A DNA stretch of 53,607 nt, taken from the IMG/VR virus record IMGVR_UViG_3300022748_000006. One strand, 5' to 3'. Position numbers and translations under genes: made by a program. Under the pieces are notes generated by a model, which saw nothing but the letters and a program-made list of their open reading frames with translations, was not told where the DNA came from and made no database searches. Each line of letters opens with the position of its first letter. Position 1 is the first letter of the stretch. The DNA comes from a virus. Positions 1 to 9,458 of the stretch are shown piece by piece.

Positions 1-127
1 GCATCACTCTGGGTGCATTCAAGCCAGAGGACGGCGGCATGTGCGTCATGGTCATCGACTGCTGGCAGGAGAAGCTGCAGTACCCCGACCTGCGCCCCAA
101 AATCATCGACGAGTACGAGACTGTGTA
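1..127. repeat. Terminal direct repeat, copy 1 (identical to 53481..53607)
   Basis: The first 127 nt recur base-for-base as the last 127 nt. The repeat lies inside the terL reading frame, so it behaves as a circular-assembly overlap. Unique length is 53480 bp. Confidence 0.95.
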
Positions 128-569
128 CGGCGAGGGGAAGAACAAGAAGCGGGTCGACCTGCTGCTGGTGGAGGACAAGGCCGCTGGCATCTCCCTGATT
201 CAGGACTTGCAGCGTGCCCACCTCCCGGTGATCGGCTACAACCCGGGCAAGGCGGACAAGACCCAGCGCCTGTCCATCGTGGCCAACATCATCCGTGCTG
301 GACGTGTCTGGGTGCCTGAGAGCAGCCAGCGCAAGGGGTTTGTCAGGGACTGGGCCGAGGGCATGGTGAGCCAGATCTGCAGCTTCCCAGAGGGCACGGT
401 GCATGACGAGTTCGTGGACTGCATCTCTCAAGGCCTGCGCTACCTAAGGGACGGCGGCTGGATCAGCATCGACGCACCACCACGGGACGACATCGACGAG
501 GACGACATCTTCGACGCCGACGAGTACAACCAACGGGTGAGGTCAATGACCAACCCGTATTCGGCTTGA
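1..569 (+). CDS. terL: Terminase large subunit, C-terminal (nuclease) part; continues from 52610..53607 across the circular junction
   Basis: ORF-track frame 39..569 is in phase with the open frame starting at ATG 52610 (position p equals p+53480). The joined ORF is 479 aa and ends at TGA 567..569. Confidence 0.9.
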   Translation, partial: ITLGAFKPEDGGMCVMVIDCWQEKLQYPDLRPKIIDEYETVYGEGKNKKRVDLLLVEDKAAGISLIQDLQRAHLPVIGYNPGKADKTQRLSIVANIIRAGRVWVPESSQRKGFVRDWAEGMVSQICSFPEGTVHDEFVDCISQGLRYLRDGGWISIDAPPRDDIDEDDIFDADEYNQRVRSMTNPYSA

Positions 570-586
570 GTGGAGTCCGACTCCAC
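570..586. repeat. Palindrome GTGGAGTCCGACTCCAC (17/17)
   Basis: Perfect 17-bp inverted repeat starting 1 nt after the terL stop codon. Confidence 0.95.
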
Positions 587-603
587 TTTGCACCAACCTT
601 ACA

Positions 604-620
604 GTGGAGTCCGACTCCAC
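604..620. repeat. Palindrome GTGGAGTCCGACTCCAC (17/17)
   Basis: Second perfect copy, 34 bp (start to start) downstream of the first. Confidence 0.95.
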
Positions 621-637
621 CTGACTGGAACCTGACC

Positions 638-862
638 ATGAGACAGTTTGACCGTGAAGACCTGACAGCCGAGTACCTGAGAGGCTTGGCCGAGGGACGC
701 AAGCAAGGCCTGCAGTTGGCTGAGGACGCCTGCACAGCACTGGAGCGCCGCAAGTGGGAACTGATGCAAAAGACCCTGACGACGGGCGGCACAATGGCCA
801 CGGTCGGCCCATTGGAGTGCGTGCAGGCCATCCGTAGACTTGCGGCAGACCTGAAGGCATAA
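638..862 (+). CDS. Hypothetical protein (74 aa)
   Basis: ORF track 566..862 trimmed to the first ATG, because 566..637 is occupied by the two palindromes. No strong RBS. Confidence 0.5.
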   Translation: MRQFDREDLTAEYLRGLAEGRKQGLQLAEDACTALERRKWELMQKTLTTGGTMATVGPLECVQAIRRLAADLKA

Positions 863-889
863 TCGGGGCAACATCCCCCGAGGGCATCC

Positions 890-3800
890 ATGGCATCACC
901 CAAACAACCCAGCGTCGAGCAAATGCTCGAAGAACTGCGCCAGCAAGCAGTCGGCCCACGTCAGCCACTGACTCCGATTGACACAGCACGACGCAACCTG
1001 CAGGGCATGTACGAAAAGGTGAGCGGCATTCCCGGCAACGTCAAGCGCATGGTGCAAGACCCGGTGGCGTATGCCAAGAGCCTGCCAGCACCTACGGGTG
1101 AGCAGATCATGGGGGCACTTGGCCCCGGCAATGTGGGCATGGCTGGCATCATGATCGGCCCCAAGGCCAAGACGTGGAATGTCGAGAACGCCTACAAGGC
1201 AGTCCAGATGGAGCATGCCGGGGCCACTCCCCAAGAGATTTGGCAGGCCACTGGCACCTATCGTGGCCCAGAGGGTGCGTGGCGTCAGGAAATCAACGAC
1301 CGACCAGCGGTGTACAACTTTGCCGGAGACATCAAAGGCAAAGCAAAGGCCAACAAAGAGCAGCAGGCCGCCCTCAAGGAAGCCATCGCCGAATCACTTG
1401 GGCGTGGCAAAGAGGTGGTGTCTGATCTATTCCCAAAAGAAGCCATCGCCGCACGCAAGGCAATCAAAGGTCAGGTGGGTGAACTTGACCATGAGTTGCG
1501 TCGAGTCTTTGGCCTGAACTCCGACCCACAGTTCACGGGGAACTTCCTCCGCCACGCATACGAGCATCCCGAGTTGTACAAGGCCTATCCTGAGTTGCAA
1601 GAGCACATCTTGCGTCAGGGCGCAAATGGCGGCCCCGGTGCCCATGGGTCGCAGCATGGTGACAACATCAACATTTACAGCGCAGGTCTCAAGAACGACC
1701 CAAAAAGCGTGACCACACACGAAGTGCAGCACGCCATTCAGTCAATCGAGAACACACCTCGTGGCGGCAACCCTCAAGAGTTCTGGGAAGCAAAAAAACG
1801 AGCAGAGTCAATGGTAGAAAACCACAACAATCAAATGACTAGATTTTTGCAGGAGATGGATCAAACCAATGATCCAACTCAAAAGGCCGCACTTAAACAG
1901 CAATACGACAGCCGCATGGCTGACAAAATGCAACTGATTCCATACGTGAACATGGATCCATTCAAGCAGTACGAATTGCTGGCTGGAGAGGCCGAGGCAC
2001 GCGCAGTGCAAAAGCGACTGAACATGACGGACGAAGAGCGCCGCGCCAACTTCCCATTGGAGTCATACGACAAAAACCCAAATGCCTTGAACCGAGTTGG
2101 ACAAAATCAATCCATCATTGAGGGCACACCACTTGCAAAAGCCCAAGGAGGCAACGTGAAACCATTCGATTACGAGAACCCAGAGCACGTCGAGAACGTC
2201 GCAAGCATTGCCGCCAAGCACCGCGACTTCAACAAGATCCCCGACGTGGCCAAGCACTTGGCTGGCTCACTGGCTCAAGGCAGCTACAAGATCATCGAAG
2301 ACCCCCGCATTCAACAGGCCATCAAGCTGGCTGGCCACAGCGGATACTTCATTAACCACAAGAGCGGCAAAGAGCACATCGTCCACAAAGCGGCTGGCGG
2401 TACGGTGCCCTCGATTGACCAGATGCGAATGGAACTGGACAACAAGACCCGGTTCGCTGGCCTGAGCCAGTTGCAGTCCATTGGTGTGAACGAAGCCCCC
2501 AGCCTTGGCGTGAAGGCGTATGTGCCCCCACAAGGTCGTCCTGACAATGGCGAACCCCCAGTGGGCGGTGTCGACATGAGCGTGTTCCAGCCCGGCCAGC
2601 AATTGATGCCCCCTCAGCAAAGCCAGCAGCCGCAGCAACCGGGCCAAGCACCTCAAGGCATGCCCGGTGCTGATGGCCAGCCTCCCATGGGGCCAAAAGG
2701 CGGTGGCAACATCCTGCAAATGACTCCACAGGGTCAGGCGCTGGCTGCAATCGGTGGTGGAAAGCAGCCTCAGCAGCAGCCCCAGCAGTTGGCTGAAGGC
2801 GGCCAAGTGGATGGCAGCGACACTCTGATCATGACTCCACAAGGCCCGGCAATGGATGCCATGGGCGGGAGCGTGACACCTGAGACGCAAGGCCTCAAGG
2901 AAGGCGGCACAGCACACTTTGACAAAGGTGGCATGGCTAAAAATGTCGACGAAATGCGTTTGGCTTTGGCTAACAAATACAACCCCATGGCCGTCAAGGC
3001 ATCTGAGGCGCTGGGCAAGCATGAAGGCAAGACCCTGAAGGTCACCCAAGCCGACCGCACCAAGGTCGGCGGCGGCTTTCTCGGCGGCCCGGGCTTTTCG
3101 TCGCTGCAGCATGTTGACCCCCGCTACAAGAACGCAGCATGGGGCGTGAACACTGCAGCAGCCGCATCCAAGATTGCCAATGCAGCAGGTGACGATGTCT
3201 TGTGGTCTGCCCTGATTGGAGCGCCAACGCAGCACACATCGAATCAGATGGTATTTGACTTGCTGCTGGATCAGTTCAAGAAGGGCATCAAGTCCGGCAA
3301 AATGTCGCCCGAGTTGCGTGCAGCCATCAATGCCAGACTGGCAGCAGCCAAGACAAAGGAAGGCGCACCAATCTTTGAAAACGCCGACATCGCTGGCAAA
3401 AACTTCTTCAAAAACCTGAATACATTCGACAAACGCCGAGTCATGGCTGACCTGATGGGTGGCCAAACGGTGGGCGGCAAGAAGGGTCAGATCTTTGACT
3501 ACGACAAGATTGTGCGCGAGACGACTGAACCCGAATTGCTGGGTGCTCCGACTCACGCCATCGGCCCTCGCTTGTTTAAGACAACAGGTGAGCGCTCGTT
3601 CCGACCTGATCTGCACCCAGCCTTCCCGCACATTCTGCACGGCGAAGACCTTGGCGTGATGTACCACCCTGTGCCACGCGAGGTGATGCTGCCTGAATTC
3701 CATGAGCAGATTCGTCAGACCAAAGGCCGCCCCATCGGTTTCATGGATCTGACCCGCAACACTCCGGCACAGTTCCTGTCTGAAAAGTTCTTGACTGGCC

Positions 3801-3901
3801 TACAAAAGCAAGGCTACAAAAAGGGTGGCGGGGTTAAACTCCACACCGATCAAGACACCATGGCCCTTGAACTGAGCCGCAAATCCAAGAAAGCTAAGTG
3901 A
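890..3901 (+). CDS. Large multidomain virion-associated protein with zincin-type HExxH motif (polyvalent/MuF-like genomic position)
   Basis: 1003-aa ORF between terL and portal. HEVQH lies at 1718..1732, followed by LAGEAEARA. The centre is Gln/Pro-rich with duplicated xMTPQGxA units. Several xGG motifs and a basic C-terminus. Confidence 0.75.
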   Translation: MASPKQPSVEQMLEELRQQAVGPRQPLTPIDTARRNLQGMYEKVSGIPGNVKRMVQDPVAYAKSLPAPTGEQIMGALGPGNVGMAGIMIGPKAKTWNVENAYKAVQMEHAGATPQEIWQATGTYRGPEGAWRQEINDRPAVYNFAGDIKGKAKANKEQQAALKEAIAESLGRGKEVVSDLFPKEAIAARKAIKGQVGELDHELRRVFGLNSDPQFTGNFLRHAYEHPELYKAYPELQEHILRQGANGGPGAHGSQHGDNINIYSAGLKNDPKSVTTHEVQHAIQSIENTPRGGNPQEFWEAKKRAESMVENHNNQMTRFLQEMDQTNDPTQKAALKQQYDSRMADKMQLIPYVNMDPFKQYELLAGEAEARAVQKRLNMTDEERRANFPLESYDKNPNALNRVGQNQSIIEGTPLAKAQGGNVKPFDYENPEHVENVASIAAKHRDFNKIPDVAKHLAGSLAQGSYKIIEDPRIQQAIKLAGHSGYFINHKSGKEHIVHKAAGGTVPSIDQMRMELDNKTRFAGLSQLQSIGVNEAPSLGVKAYVPPQGRPDNGEPPVGGVDMSVFQPGQQLMPPQQSQQPQQPGQAPQGMPGADGQPPMGPKGGGNILQMTPQGQALAAIGGGKQPQQQPQQLAEGGQVDGSDTLIMTPQGPAMDAMGGSVTPETQGLKEGGTAHFDKGGMAKNVDEMRLALANKYNPMAVKASEALGKHEGKTLKVTQADRTKVGGGFLGGPGFSSLQHVDPRYKNAAWGVNTAAAASKIANAAGDDVLWSALIGAPTQHTSNQMVFDLLLDQFKKGIKSGKMSPELRAAINARLAAAKTKEGAPIFENADIAGKNFFKNLNTFDKRRVMADLMGGQTVGGKKGQIFDYDKIVRETTEPELLGAPTHAIGPRLFKTTGERSFRPDLHPAFPHILHGEDLGVMYHPVPREVMLPEFHEQIRQTKGRPIGFMDLTRNTPAQFLSEKFLTGLQKQGYKKGGGVKLHTDQDTMALELSRKSKKAK

Positions 3902-6420
3902 TGGAAGACCTCGACCCCAATCTGGAAATCACCGAGAACGATGACGGCAGCGCCCTTGTGGATCTGCCTGAAATCGAGACGGAAGAGCAGCCGGACGGCT
4001 CGGCCATTGTCACCATCGACGAGGGTGGCCCGGAAGAGAACCCCGACTTCTATGCCAACATGGCCGAAACGTATGACGAGTACGAACTTGGCAAGTTGGC
4101 CATGCGTTACATCGACCTGCTGAAGAAGGACAAGGACGCCCGAGAGCAGCGTGATAAGCAGTACGAGGAAGGCATCAAGCGCACGGGCATGGGCAACGAC
4201 GCCCCCGGTGGCGCTACGTTCATGGGCGCATCCAAGGTGGTTCACCCTGCTATGGCTGAAGGCTGCGTGGACTTTGCGGCCAAGGCCATCAAAGAGATGT
4301 TCCCACCAGACGGCCCTGTCCGCACCAAGGTGCTGGGCAAGATGGACGACATCAAGGCCGAGCGTGCAGAGCGCAAGCGTGACTACCTGAACTGGCAGAT
4401 CACCGAGCAAATTGAAGAGTTCCGCGATGAGCAAGAACAACTGCTGACCCAACTGCCACTGGGCGGCTCACAGTACTTCAAGATCTGGTTCGACGAACAA
4501 AAGAAACGCCCATGCGTGGAGTTCTTGCCAATCGACCGTGTGATCCTTCCCTTCGCGGCAACGAACTTCTACACAGCCCAGCGTGCTGCTGAAGTCCACG
4601 AAATCACCGAGTGGGAGTTCAAGCGCCGTGTGAGCAACGGCATGTACCGCGACATCAATCTGGTGTCGTCGACCATGGAGCCGGAGCAGACCAAAGCACA
4701 GAAAGCCAACGACAAGATCGAGGGCAAGAAGTGGGAAGACAACGAAGACGGCGTGCGCAAGGTGTACCACGTCTACGTCTATCTGGAGTTGGAGGAAGAC
4801 AAGTACAGCAAGGGCGAGATGGCCCCGTACATCCTCATGATCGACGAACTCGACAACGAAGTGGTGGGCCTGTACCGCAACTGGGAAGAGTCCGACGACA
4901 CCATGTCCAAGCTGGACTGGATCGTGGAGTTCAAGTTCATTCCATGGCGAGGTGCCTATGCGATTGGTCTTCCTCACCTTATTGGTGGTCTGTCTGCCGC
5001 TCTCACTGGTTCTTTGCGTGCATTGCTGGACTCGGCTCACATAAACAACGCCGCCACGATACTCAAGCTCAAGGGCGCGAAGATGTCTGGCCAGAGCCAG
5101 CAGGTGGACGTGACCCAGATCGTGGAGATTGAAGGCGCACCCGGCGTGCAGGACATTCGCCAGATCGCCATGCCCATGCCGTTCAATCCACCCTCACAGG
5201 TGCTGTTCCAGCTTCTGGGCTGGCTTGACACAGCAGCCAAGGGCGTAGTGTCCACCAGCGAGGAGAAGATCGCCGACGTGAACGCTCAGGCTCCAGTGGG
5301 AACCACACAGGCTTTGATTGAGCAGGGCGCTGCGGTGTTCTCGTCGATCCATGCACGCTTGCACGAGTCACAGGCCCGTGTGCTGAAGATTCTGTGCCGC
5401 CTGAACCGCTGGCACTTCGACGAGATGCGCAAGTCTGACGTGGTGGCCGACTTGGAAATCACCCGCGACGACTTCCAGAAGAACACCGACGTCATCCCGG
5501 TGTCTGACCCTCACATCTTCAGTGAGACGCAACGCATGGCCCAGATGCAGGCTGTGCTGGCGCTGGCCGACAAGCACCCCGACCAGTTCAACATGAACAA
5601 CGTGTTGGCCCGTTCGCTCAAGCAGATGAAGATCCCCAACATCAACGAACTGATGAAGGACGTCCCGGCTCCAGAGCAGCGCACATCGGCAGACGAGAAC
5701 GCTGCCATGCTCATTGGCCAGCCAGCCTATGCGTACATGCAGCAGGATCACATCGCGCACATTCAGGATCACCTGCAGTTTGGCATGAACCCATTCTTGG
5801 GCCAGTCGCCATTCGCAGACCCGAACTACCTGAACAACCTGATCGAGCACATCAAGCAGCACATGACCCTGTGGTATCTGAACCGCAGCAATGGCTACGT
5901 GGCTCAGTCTCGCGGCGGAAAACCTGTGGACAACTACGACGATCCGCTGCTGACAGGCACCATCGACCAGTTGTACACCACGGTGGGTGCTCATGTGTCT
6001 CTGGACACCAAGGAAGTGTTTGGCCAGTTTGCGCCAGCCTTCCAGCAACTCATTCAGATGGCTCAAAAGCGCCAGCAATCTCAGAAGCAGGCTTTGCCTC
6101 CCGACGCGCAAGTGGTTCACGACACCAGCATGGCCGAGACCCAGCGCAAGGCGCAGGACGACCAAGCCCGTCTGCAACTGGACAACCGCAGACTGCAGGC
6201 GGACATGGCCAAGCACTTGGACGACAACAAGACCAAGATTGCCATCGAGAACGCCAAGCTGACGCACCAGACCATCACGGACATCGCGACAGCAGAAGTA
6301 CCCCCTGCCCCTGCTACCATGGGCGCAGGTCAACCCGGTATGCCAGAAGGTATGCCACAACCTCAAGGTATGCCACAGGGCATGCCACAACCTCAAGGAG
6401 TGCCAAATGGCAACGTCTGA
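3901..6420 (+). CDS. Putative portal protein
   Basis: 839-aa ORF with a TGATG overlap on the upstream stop. Size, position near the terminase and an acidic N-terminus fit a portal. C-terminal GMPQPQ tandem repeats. The family was not verified by search. Confidence 0.6.
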   Translation: MEDLDPNLEITENDDGSALVDLPEIETEEQPDGSAIVTIDEGGPEENPDFYANMAETYDEYELGKLAMRYIDLLKKDKDAREQRDKQYEEGIKRTGMGNDAPGGATFMGASKVVHPAMAEGCVDFAAKAIKEMFPPDGPVRTKVLGKMDDIKAERAERKRDYLNWQITEQIEEFRDEQEQLLTQLPLGGSQYFKIWFDEQKKRPCVEFLPIDRVILPFAATNFYTAQRAAEVHEITEWEFKRRVSNGMYRDINLVSSTMEPEQTKAQKANDKIEGKKWEDNEDGVRKVYHVYVYLELEEDKYSKGEMAPYILMIDELDNEVVGLYRNWEESDDTMSKLDWIVEFKFIPWRGAYAIGLPHLIGGLSAALTGSLRALLDSAHINNAATILKLKGAKMSGQSQQVDVTQIVEIEGAPGVQDIRQIAMPMPFNPPSQVLFQLLGWLDTAAKGVVSTSEEKIADVNAQAPVGTTQALIEQGAAVFSSIHARLHESQARVLKILCRLNRWHFDEMRKSDVVADLEITRDDFQKNTDVIPVSDPHIFSETQRMAQMQAVLALADKHPDQFNMNNVLARSLKQMKIPNINELMKDVPAPEQRTSADENAAMLIGQPAYAYMQQDHIAHIQDHLQFGMNPFLGQSPFADPNYLNNLIEHIKQHMTLWYLNRSNGYVAQSRGGKPVDNYDDPLLTGTIDQLYTTVGAHVSLDTKEVFGQFAPAFQQLIQMAQKRQQSQKQALPPDAQVVHDTSMAETQRKAQDDQARLQLDNRRLQADMAKHLDDNKTKIAIENAKLTHQTITDIATAEVPPAPATMGAGQPGMPEGMPQPQGMPQGMPQPQGVPNGNV

Positions 6421-6550
6421 CAAAGAGCAACAGAGCATCAATGTGCCCCAGCATAAGCGTCTGGCACAAGGTGCTCCAATCAACGGCCAGAGCATGGGTG
6501 GCGGCAATGCCAAACCCCAAGGCGGTCTGGCCCAAGCCAAGAAAAAATGA
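6407..6550 (+). CDS. Small hypothetical protein (47 aa)
   Basis: Not in the track (<60 aa). ATG 6407 is preceded by AAGGAG (6395..6400). The stop forms an ATGA overlap with the next ORF. Confidence 0.4.
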   Translation: MATSDKEQQSINVPQHKRLAQGAPINGQSMGGGNAKPQGGLAQAKKK

Positions 6551-6726
6551 TCGCTTCGGTCATTCACATGATCAAGCTGCGACAGGCAGAGATTGCGCAG
6601 TCCCTTTTGCTGGGCAACGCATTCAACTGGGAGTCGTACCAGCGCATGGTCGGTGAGGGTCAGGGACTGCAATACGTCCTCGACTCCATCGACAAGCTGC
6701 TGGATGAAGAGAAGAACAAAGAATAA
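6547..6726 (+). CDS. Small hypothetical protein (59 aa)
   Basis: Not in the track (59 aa). ATGA-coupled to the upstream small ORF. It fills an otherwise empty gap before the GroES-like gene. Confidence 0.5.
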   Translation: MIASVIHMIKLRQAEIAQSLLLGNAFNWESYQRMVGEGQGLQYVLDSIDKLLDEEKNKE

Positions 6727-6804
6727 GTCCCACTCCGGGACTGAGGCCGCGCTGAAAAGCGCTTTAACGATGCACCTGAAATATGGTGTTTTAGGAGAGT
6801 GAGT

Positions 6805-7260
6805 ATGAGTGAGAAAAATCCGATCCCGACCATTGACGGAGCCGCAGGCGTGTCCGATCCAGTTGAACTGGCGTGGGCATTCCCTGACGTGAATCCGGGT
6901 CAGGCACCCTTTGGTGGACGAGTCATCGTCCAGTTGCGCCGCATCAAGAAAAAAGCGGGTCGCATCATCATCGTCGATGAAACCAAAGAAGCCGAAAAGT
7001 GGAACAACATGATTGGCAAGGTGGTTTCGATTGGCCCATTGGCCTTCAAAAACCGCGAGACCATGCAGTCATGGCCGGAAGGTAGCTGGGCGCAAGTTGG
7101 CGACTACGTGCGCGTCCCTCGTTGGGGCGGTGACCGTTGGGAGCGCAAGGCACCAGACACCGAAGACGGGGAAGATCCCGTGCTTTTCATGACCCTGAAC
7201 GACCACGAACTGATTGCGAAGGTCACCGATGACCCGCTGTCGTTCAAAGCCTACGTCTAA
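6805..7260 (+). CDS. GroES/Cpn10-like co-chaperonin domain protein
   Basis: ATG 6805 lies 6 nt after AGGAGA. The pattern GGRVIVQLRR..AGRIIIVDETKE..GKVVSIGP..VGDYVRVPRWGG..LIAKV parallels the GroES layout (mobile-loop region plus beta core). Confidence 0.7.
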   Translation: MSEKNPIPTIDGAAGVSDPVELAWAFPDVNPGQAPFGGRVIVQLRRIKKKAGRIIIVDETKEAEKWNNMIGKVVSIGPLAFKNRETMQSWPEGSWAQVGDYVRVPRWGGDRWERKAPDTEDGEDPVLFMTLNDHELIAKVTDDPLSFKAYV

Positions 7261-7272
7261 TTGGAGGATCAC

Positions 7273-8280
7273 ATGGCTACCGAAGACAAAAACAACCAAG
7301 AATTGAGCATTGAGGAGACGCAAGACGGCTCCGCAGTGGTTGATTTGCCCGAAGGCATTGACTTGCCCTTGGACGGCGACGAAAACGCCTCAAAACCCGC
7401 TGAAAAGGCCGAAAAAGCCGACGGTGGCGAGGTCTCTGGCGACGACGAAGACCACGACGACGACTCCGATGCCGTCCGTGCGGCCAAACGAGCACGTCGT
7501 CGGGCCAAAAAAGACCTGATTCGCAAGACCAACGAGGAAAAAGACCTTCGTCTGCAGCAGTTGGCACGCGAAAACGAGGAATTCAAGCGCCGTCTGGCCA
7601 ATGTGGAGCGTGAATCGCAAAACAGCCAGATCGCACGCCTCGACAAAGGTCTGGAAGACCAAAAAGTGCGTCTGGAATACGCCAAGATGAAGATGGCCGA
7701 GGCCGTCCGCGCTGGTGATGGTGACGCCATGGTCGAAGCGCAGACCATGTTCAACGAGGCTCAGGCCGCAGTTGGTGAGTTTGCCCGTGCCAAACAGCAG
7801 GCAGAACAATCCCTGCGCCAGCCGCAGCAACAACAACGTGAAGTCCCGGTGATTGACCCATCCGTGCAGCGCAATGCCGCTGACTGGATGAAGCGCAATA
7901 GCTGGTACAAGCCGGACACTTCAGATCGTGACAGCCAGATCGCCAAGAAGGTTGACGAACTGCTGGTCACGGAAGGCTGGAACCCATCCGACCCAGATTA
8001 TTGGGACGAATTGGATTCCCGCTTGCAAAGAGCACTGCCTCATCGCTACAATGAGGCATCAGGCAGCGATTCCGCTGTCAGGAAACCGAGGAACGTAGTG
8101 GGAAGTTCAGGTCGTGAGGCTTCTGCCGCATTTGGTGGTACCAACCGCACACAGTTCGTGCTTTCACCCGAACGGGTCAAGGCCATGAAAGAAGTGGGCG
8201 CGTGGGACAACCCTGCACGCAAGAAAGCAATGATCGACAACTTCATCAAATTCGACCGCGAAAACGCTGGTCGCCGCTAA
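7273..8280 (+). CDS. Putative scaffolding protein
   Basis: ATG after GGAGGA. Highly acidic N-terminus, then long charged coiled-coil-like segments. Located between the portal and capsid genes. Confidence 0.6.
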   Translation: MATEDKNNQELSIEETQDGSAVVDLPEGIDLPLDGDENASKPAEKAEKADGGEVSGDDEDHDDDSDAVRAAKRARRRAKKDLIRKTNEEKDLRLQQLARENEEFKRRLANVERESQNSQIARLDKGLEDQKVRLEYAKMKMAEAVRAGDGDAMVEAQTMFNEAQAAVGEFARAKQQAEQSLRQPQQQQREVPVIDPSVQRNAADWMKRNSWYKPDTSDRDSQIAKKVDELLVTEGWNPSDPDYWDELDSRLQRALPHRYNEASGSDSAVRKPRNVVGSSGREASAAFGGTNRTQFVLSPERVKAMKEVGAWDNPARKKAMIDNFIKFDRENAGRR

Positions 8281-8300
8281 TCAATACTTGGAGAATGACT

Positions 8301-8846
8301 ATGGAATCCCGTCTCAAAAAATCTCTCAATGCTGGTGGTCGCCATGATCGCGCAAGCGAGGACGCAAGCCGCGCAGCACCTGAGGATAAGTTCATTTCGA
8401 ATCAGGAACGTCGCAAGATGTGGAGTGAGGAATGGACGCAATCAGCCTTGCCAAAACTGCCCAACATGGATGGGTGGCACCTTTGCTGGCTTTCGACAAC
8501 CAACAGCTACGACTCCATCGACAAGCGGATTCGCCTTGGGTACGTTCCAGTTAAATCTGAAGAGTTACCGGGCTATGAAGACTATCGCGTGAAGGCGGGT
8601 GAGCATGTTGGATACATCTCCTGCAACGAGATGTTGCTGTTCAAACTCCCCATGGACGTCTACCAAGAGGTCATGCTCTATCAGCACCACGAGAAGCCTC
8701 GTGAGGAAGCTGACAAGATCCGTGTCCAAATTGAGAGCCTCCAAGGGCAGCGTGACAGCAACGGCAAGTCGCTGGTGAACGTCGAGGGTGAAGGTCTTGG
8801 TAATTTTGATCAGCATGCACCCAAACTGCCCGTATTTTCGGGCTAA
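8301..8846 (+). CDS. Hypothetical head-module protein
   Basis: ORF track 8202..8846 trimmed to the ATG after TTGGAGA. 181 aa. Confidence 0.65.
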   Translation: MESRLKKSLNAGGRHDRASEDASRAAPEDKFISNQERRKMWSEEWTQSALPKLPNMDGWHLCWLSTTNSYDSIDKRIRLGYVPVKSEELPGYEDYRVKAGEHVGYISCNEMLLFKLPMDVYQEVMLYQHHEKPREEADKIRVQIESLQGQRDSNGKSLVNVEGEGLGNFDQHAPKLPVFSG

Positions 8847-8861
8847 CCCAAGGAGTTTCAC

Positions 8862-9458
8862 ATGAGTTCTACCTCTGCTCCGTTTGGCCTGCGTCCTGCG
8901 TTCCATCCTTCTGGTCTGGATCGCGCTCAGGCGTTGGCAAACGGCATCACTTCTGGCTATGCCAGCAACATCTTGAAAGGTCAACCCGTTCAATACGGTA
9001 CGACTGCCAACAGCGGTACTCTCGGTACCATCATCGCTGCAGGCACCACTGGCGCTCTCGCTGGTGCGTTTGCTGGCGTTGAGTGGACTGACACCACTGG
9101 CCGTCGTCGCGTGTCGAACTACTGGCCTGCCAACACAGCGTACACCGCTGGTTCGTGCGTCGCTTATTTCTACAACGACCAAAACATCGTGTATGAAATC
9201 CAAGCCGACGGCTCGATGGCTCAAACCACCATCGGTAACGAATTCAACCTGAACAACCTGACTGCTGGCTCGACCACTACTGGTCTGTCGCAAGCAACCC
9301 TGAACTCTGCTTCTGCAGTGGGCAACGGTTCGCAAGGTCAAGTTCGCGTGGTTGACCTCGCTCCCTACGTTGACAATGCATGGGGTGACTCGTACACCAT
9401 CGTGCGTGTCGTGATCGCCAACTCGCAATTCTTTGGCGCTGCCACTGCAATCGCTTAA
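8862..9458 (+). CDS. Putative capsid decoration/cement protein
   Basis: 198-aa ORF with an AAGGAG RBS directly upstream of the major capsid gene. Gly/Thr/Ala-rich beta-type composition. The role is inferred from position only. Confidence 0.45.
   Translation: MSSTSAPFGLRPAFHPSGLDRAQALANGITSGYASNILKGQPVQYGTTANSGTLGTIIAAGTTGALAGAFAGVEWTDTTGRRRVSNYWPANTAYTAGSCVAYFYNDQNIVYEIQADGSMAQTTIGNEFNLNNLTAGSTTTGLSQATLNSASAVGNGSQGQVRVVDLAPYVDNAWGDSYTIVRVVIANSQFFGAATAIA

Noticed and set aside
1-127. Reading the 127-bp terminal repeat as a biological direct terminal repeat or an att duplication.
   Set aside because: It sits inside the terL coding frame and restores one intact gene when the ends are joined. 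No integrase or att-like context exists. It is most simply an assembler overlap on a circular or circularly permuted genome.
566-862. Full-length ORF-track version of this gene (TTG start at 566), which would translate both palindromes.
   Set aside because: The N-terminal 24 codons would be encoded entirely by the two repeat copies and their spacer. The TTG overlaps the terL stop with no SD. The ATG at 638 is preferred, although its RBS is also weak.
2267-3703. Very long antisense ORFs opposite the structural and replication genes. Examples are 2267..3703 minus (478 aa), 5368..6672 minus (434 aa), 9277..10428 minus (383 aa), 39128..40312 minus (394 aa), 41552..42493 minus (313 aa), 38253..39173 minus and 52648..53307 minus.
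   Set aside because: They lie entirely inside better-supported sense genes that carry recognisable motifs. They have Arg/Gly/Leu/His-rich shadow-frame composition and lack RBSs or coupling. They are typical open antisense frames of a moderately GC-rich genome.
6338-6400. Imperfect tandem repeats (GGTATGCCACAACCTCAA units) at the 3' end of the portal gene as a possible regulatory repeat.
   Set aside because: They are in frame and simply encode a GMPQPQ low-complexity tail. They may vary in length but show no evidence of a separate function.
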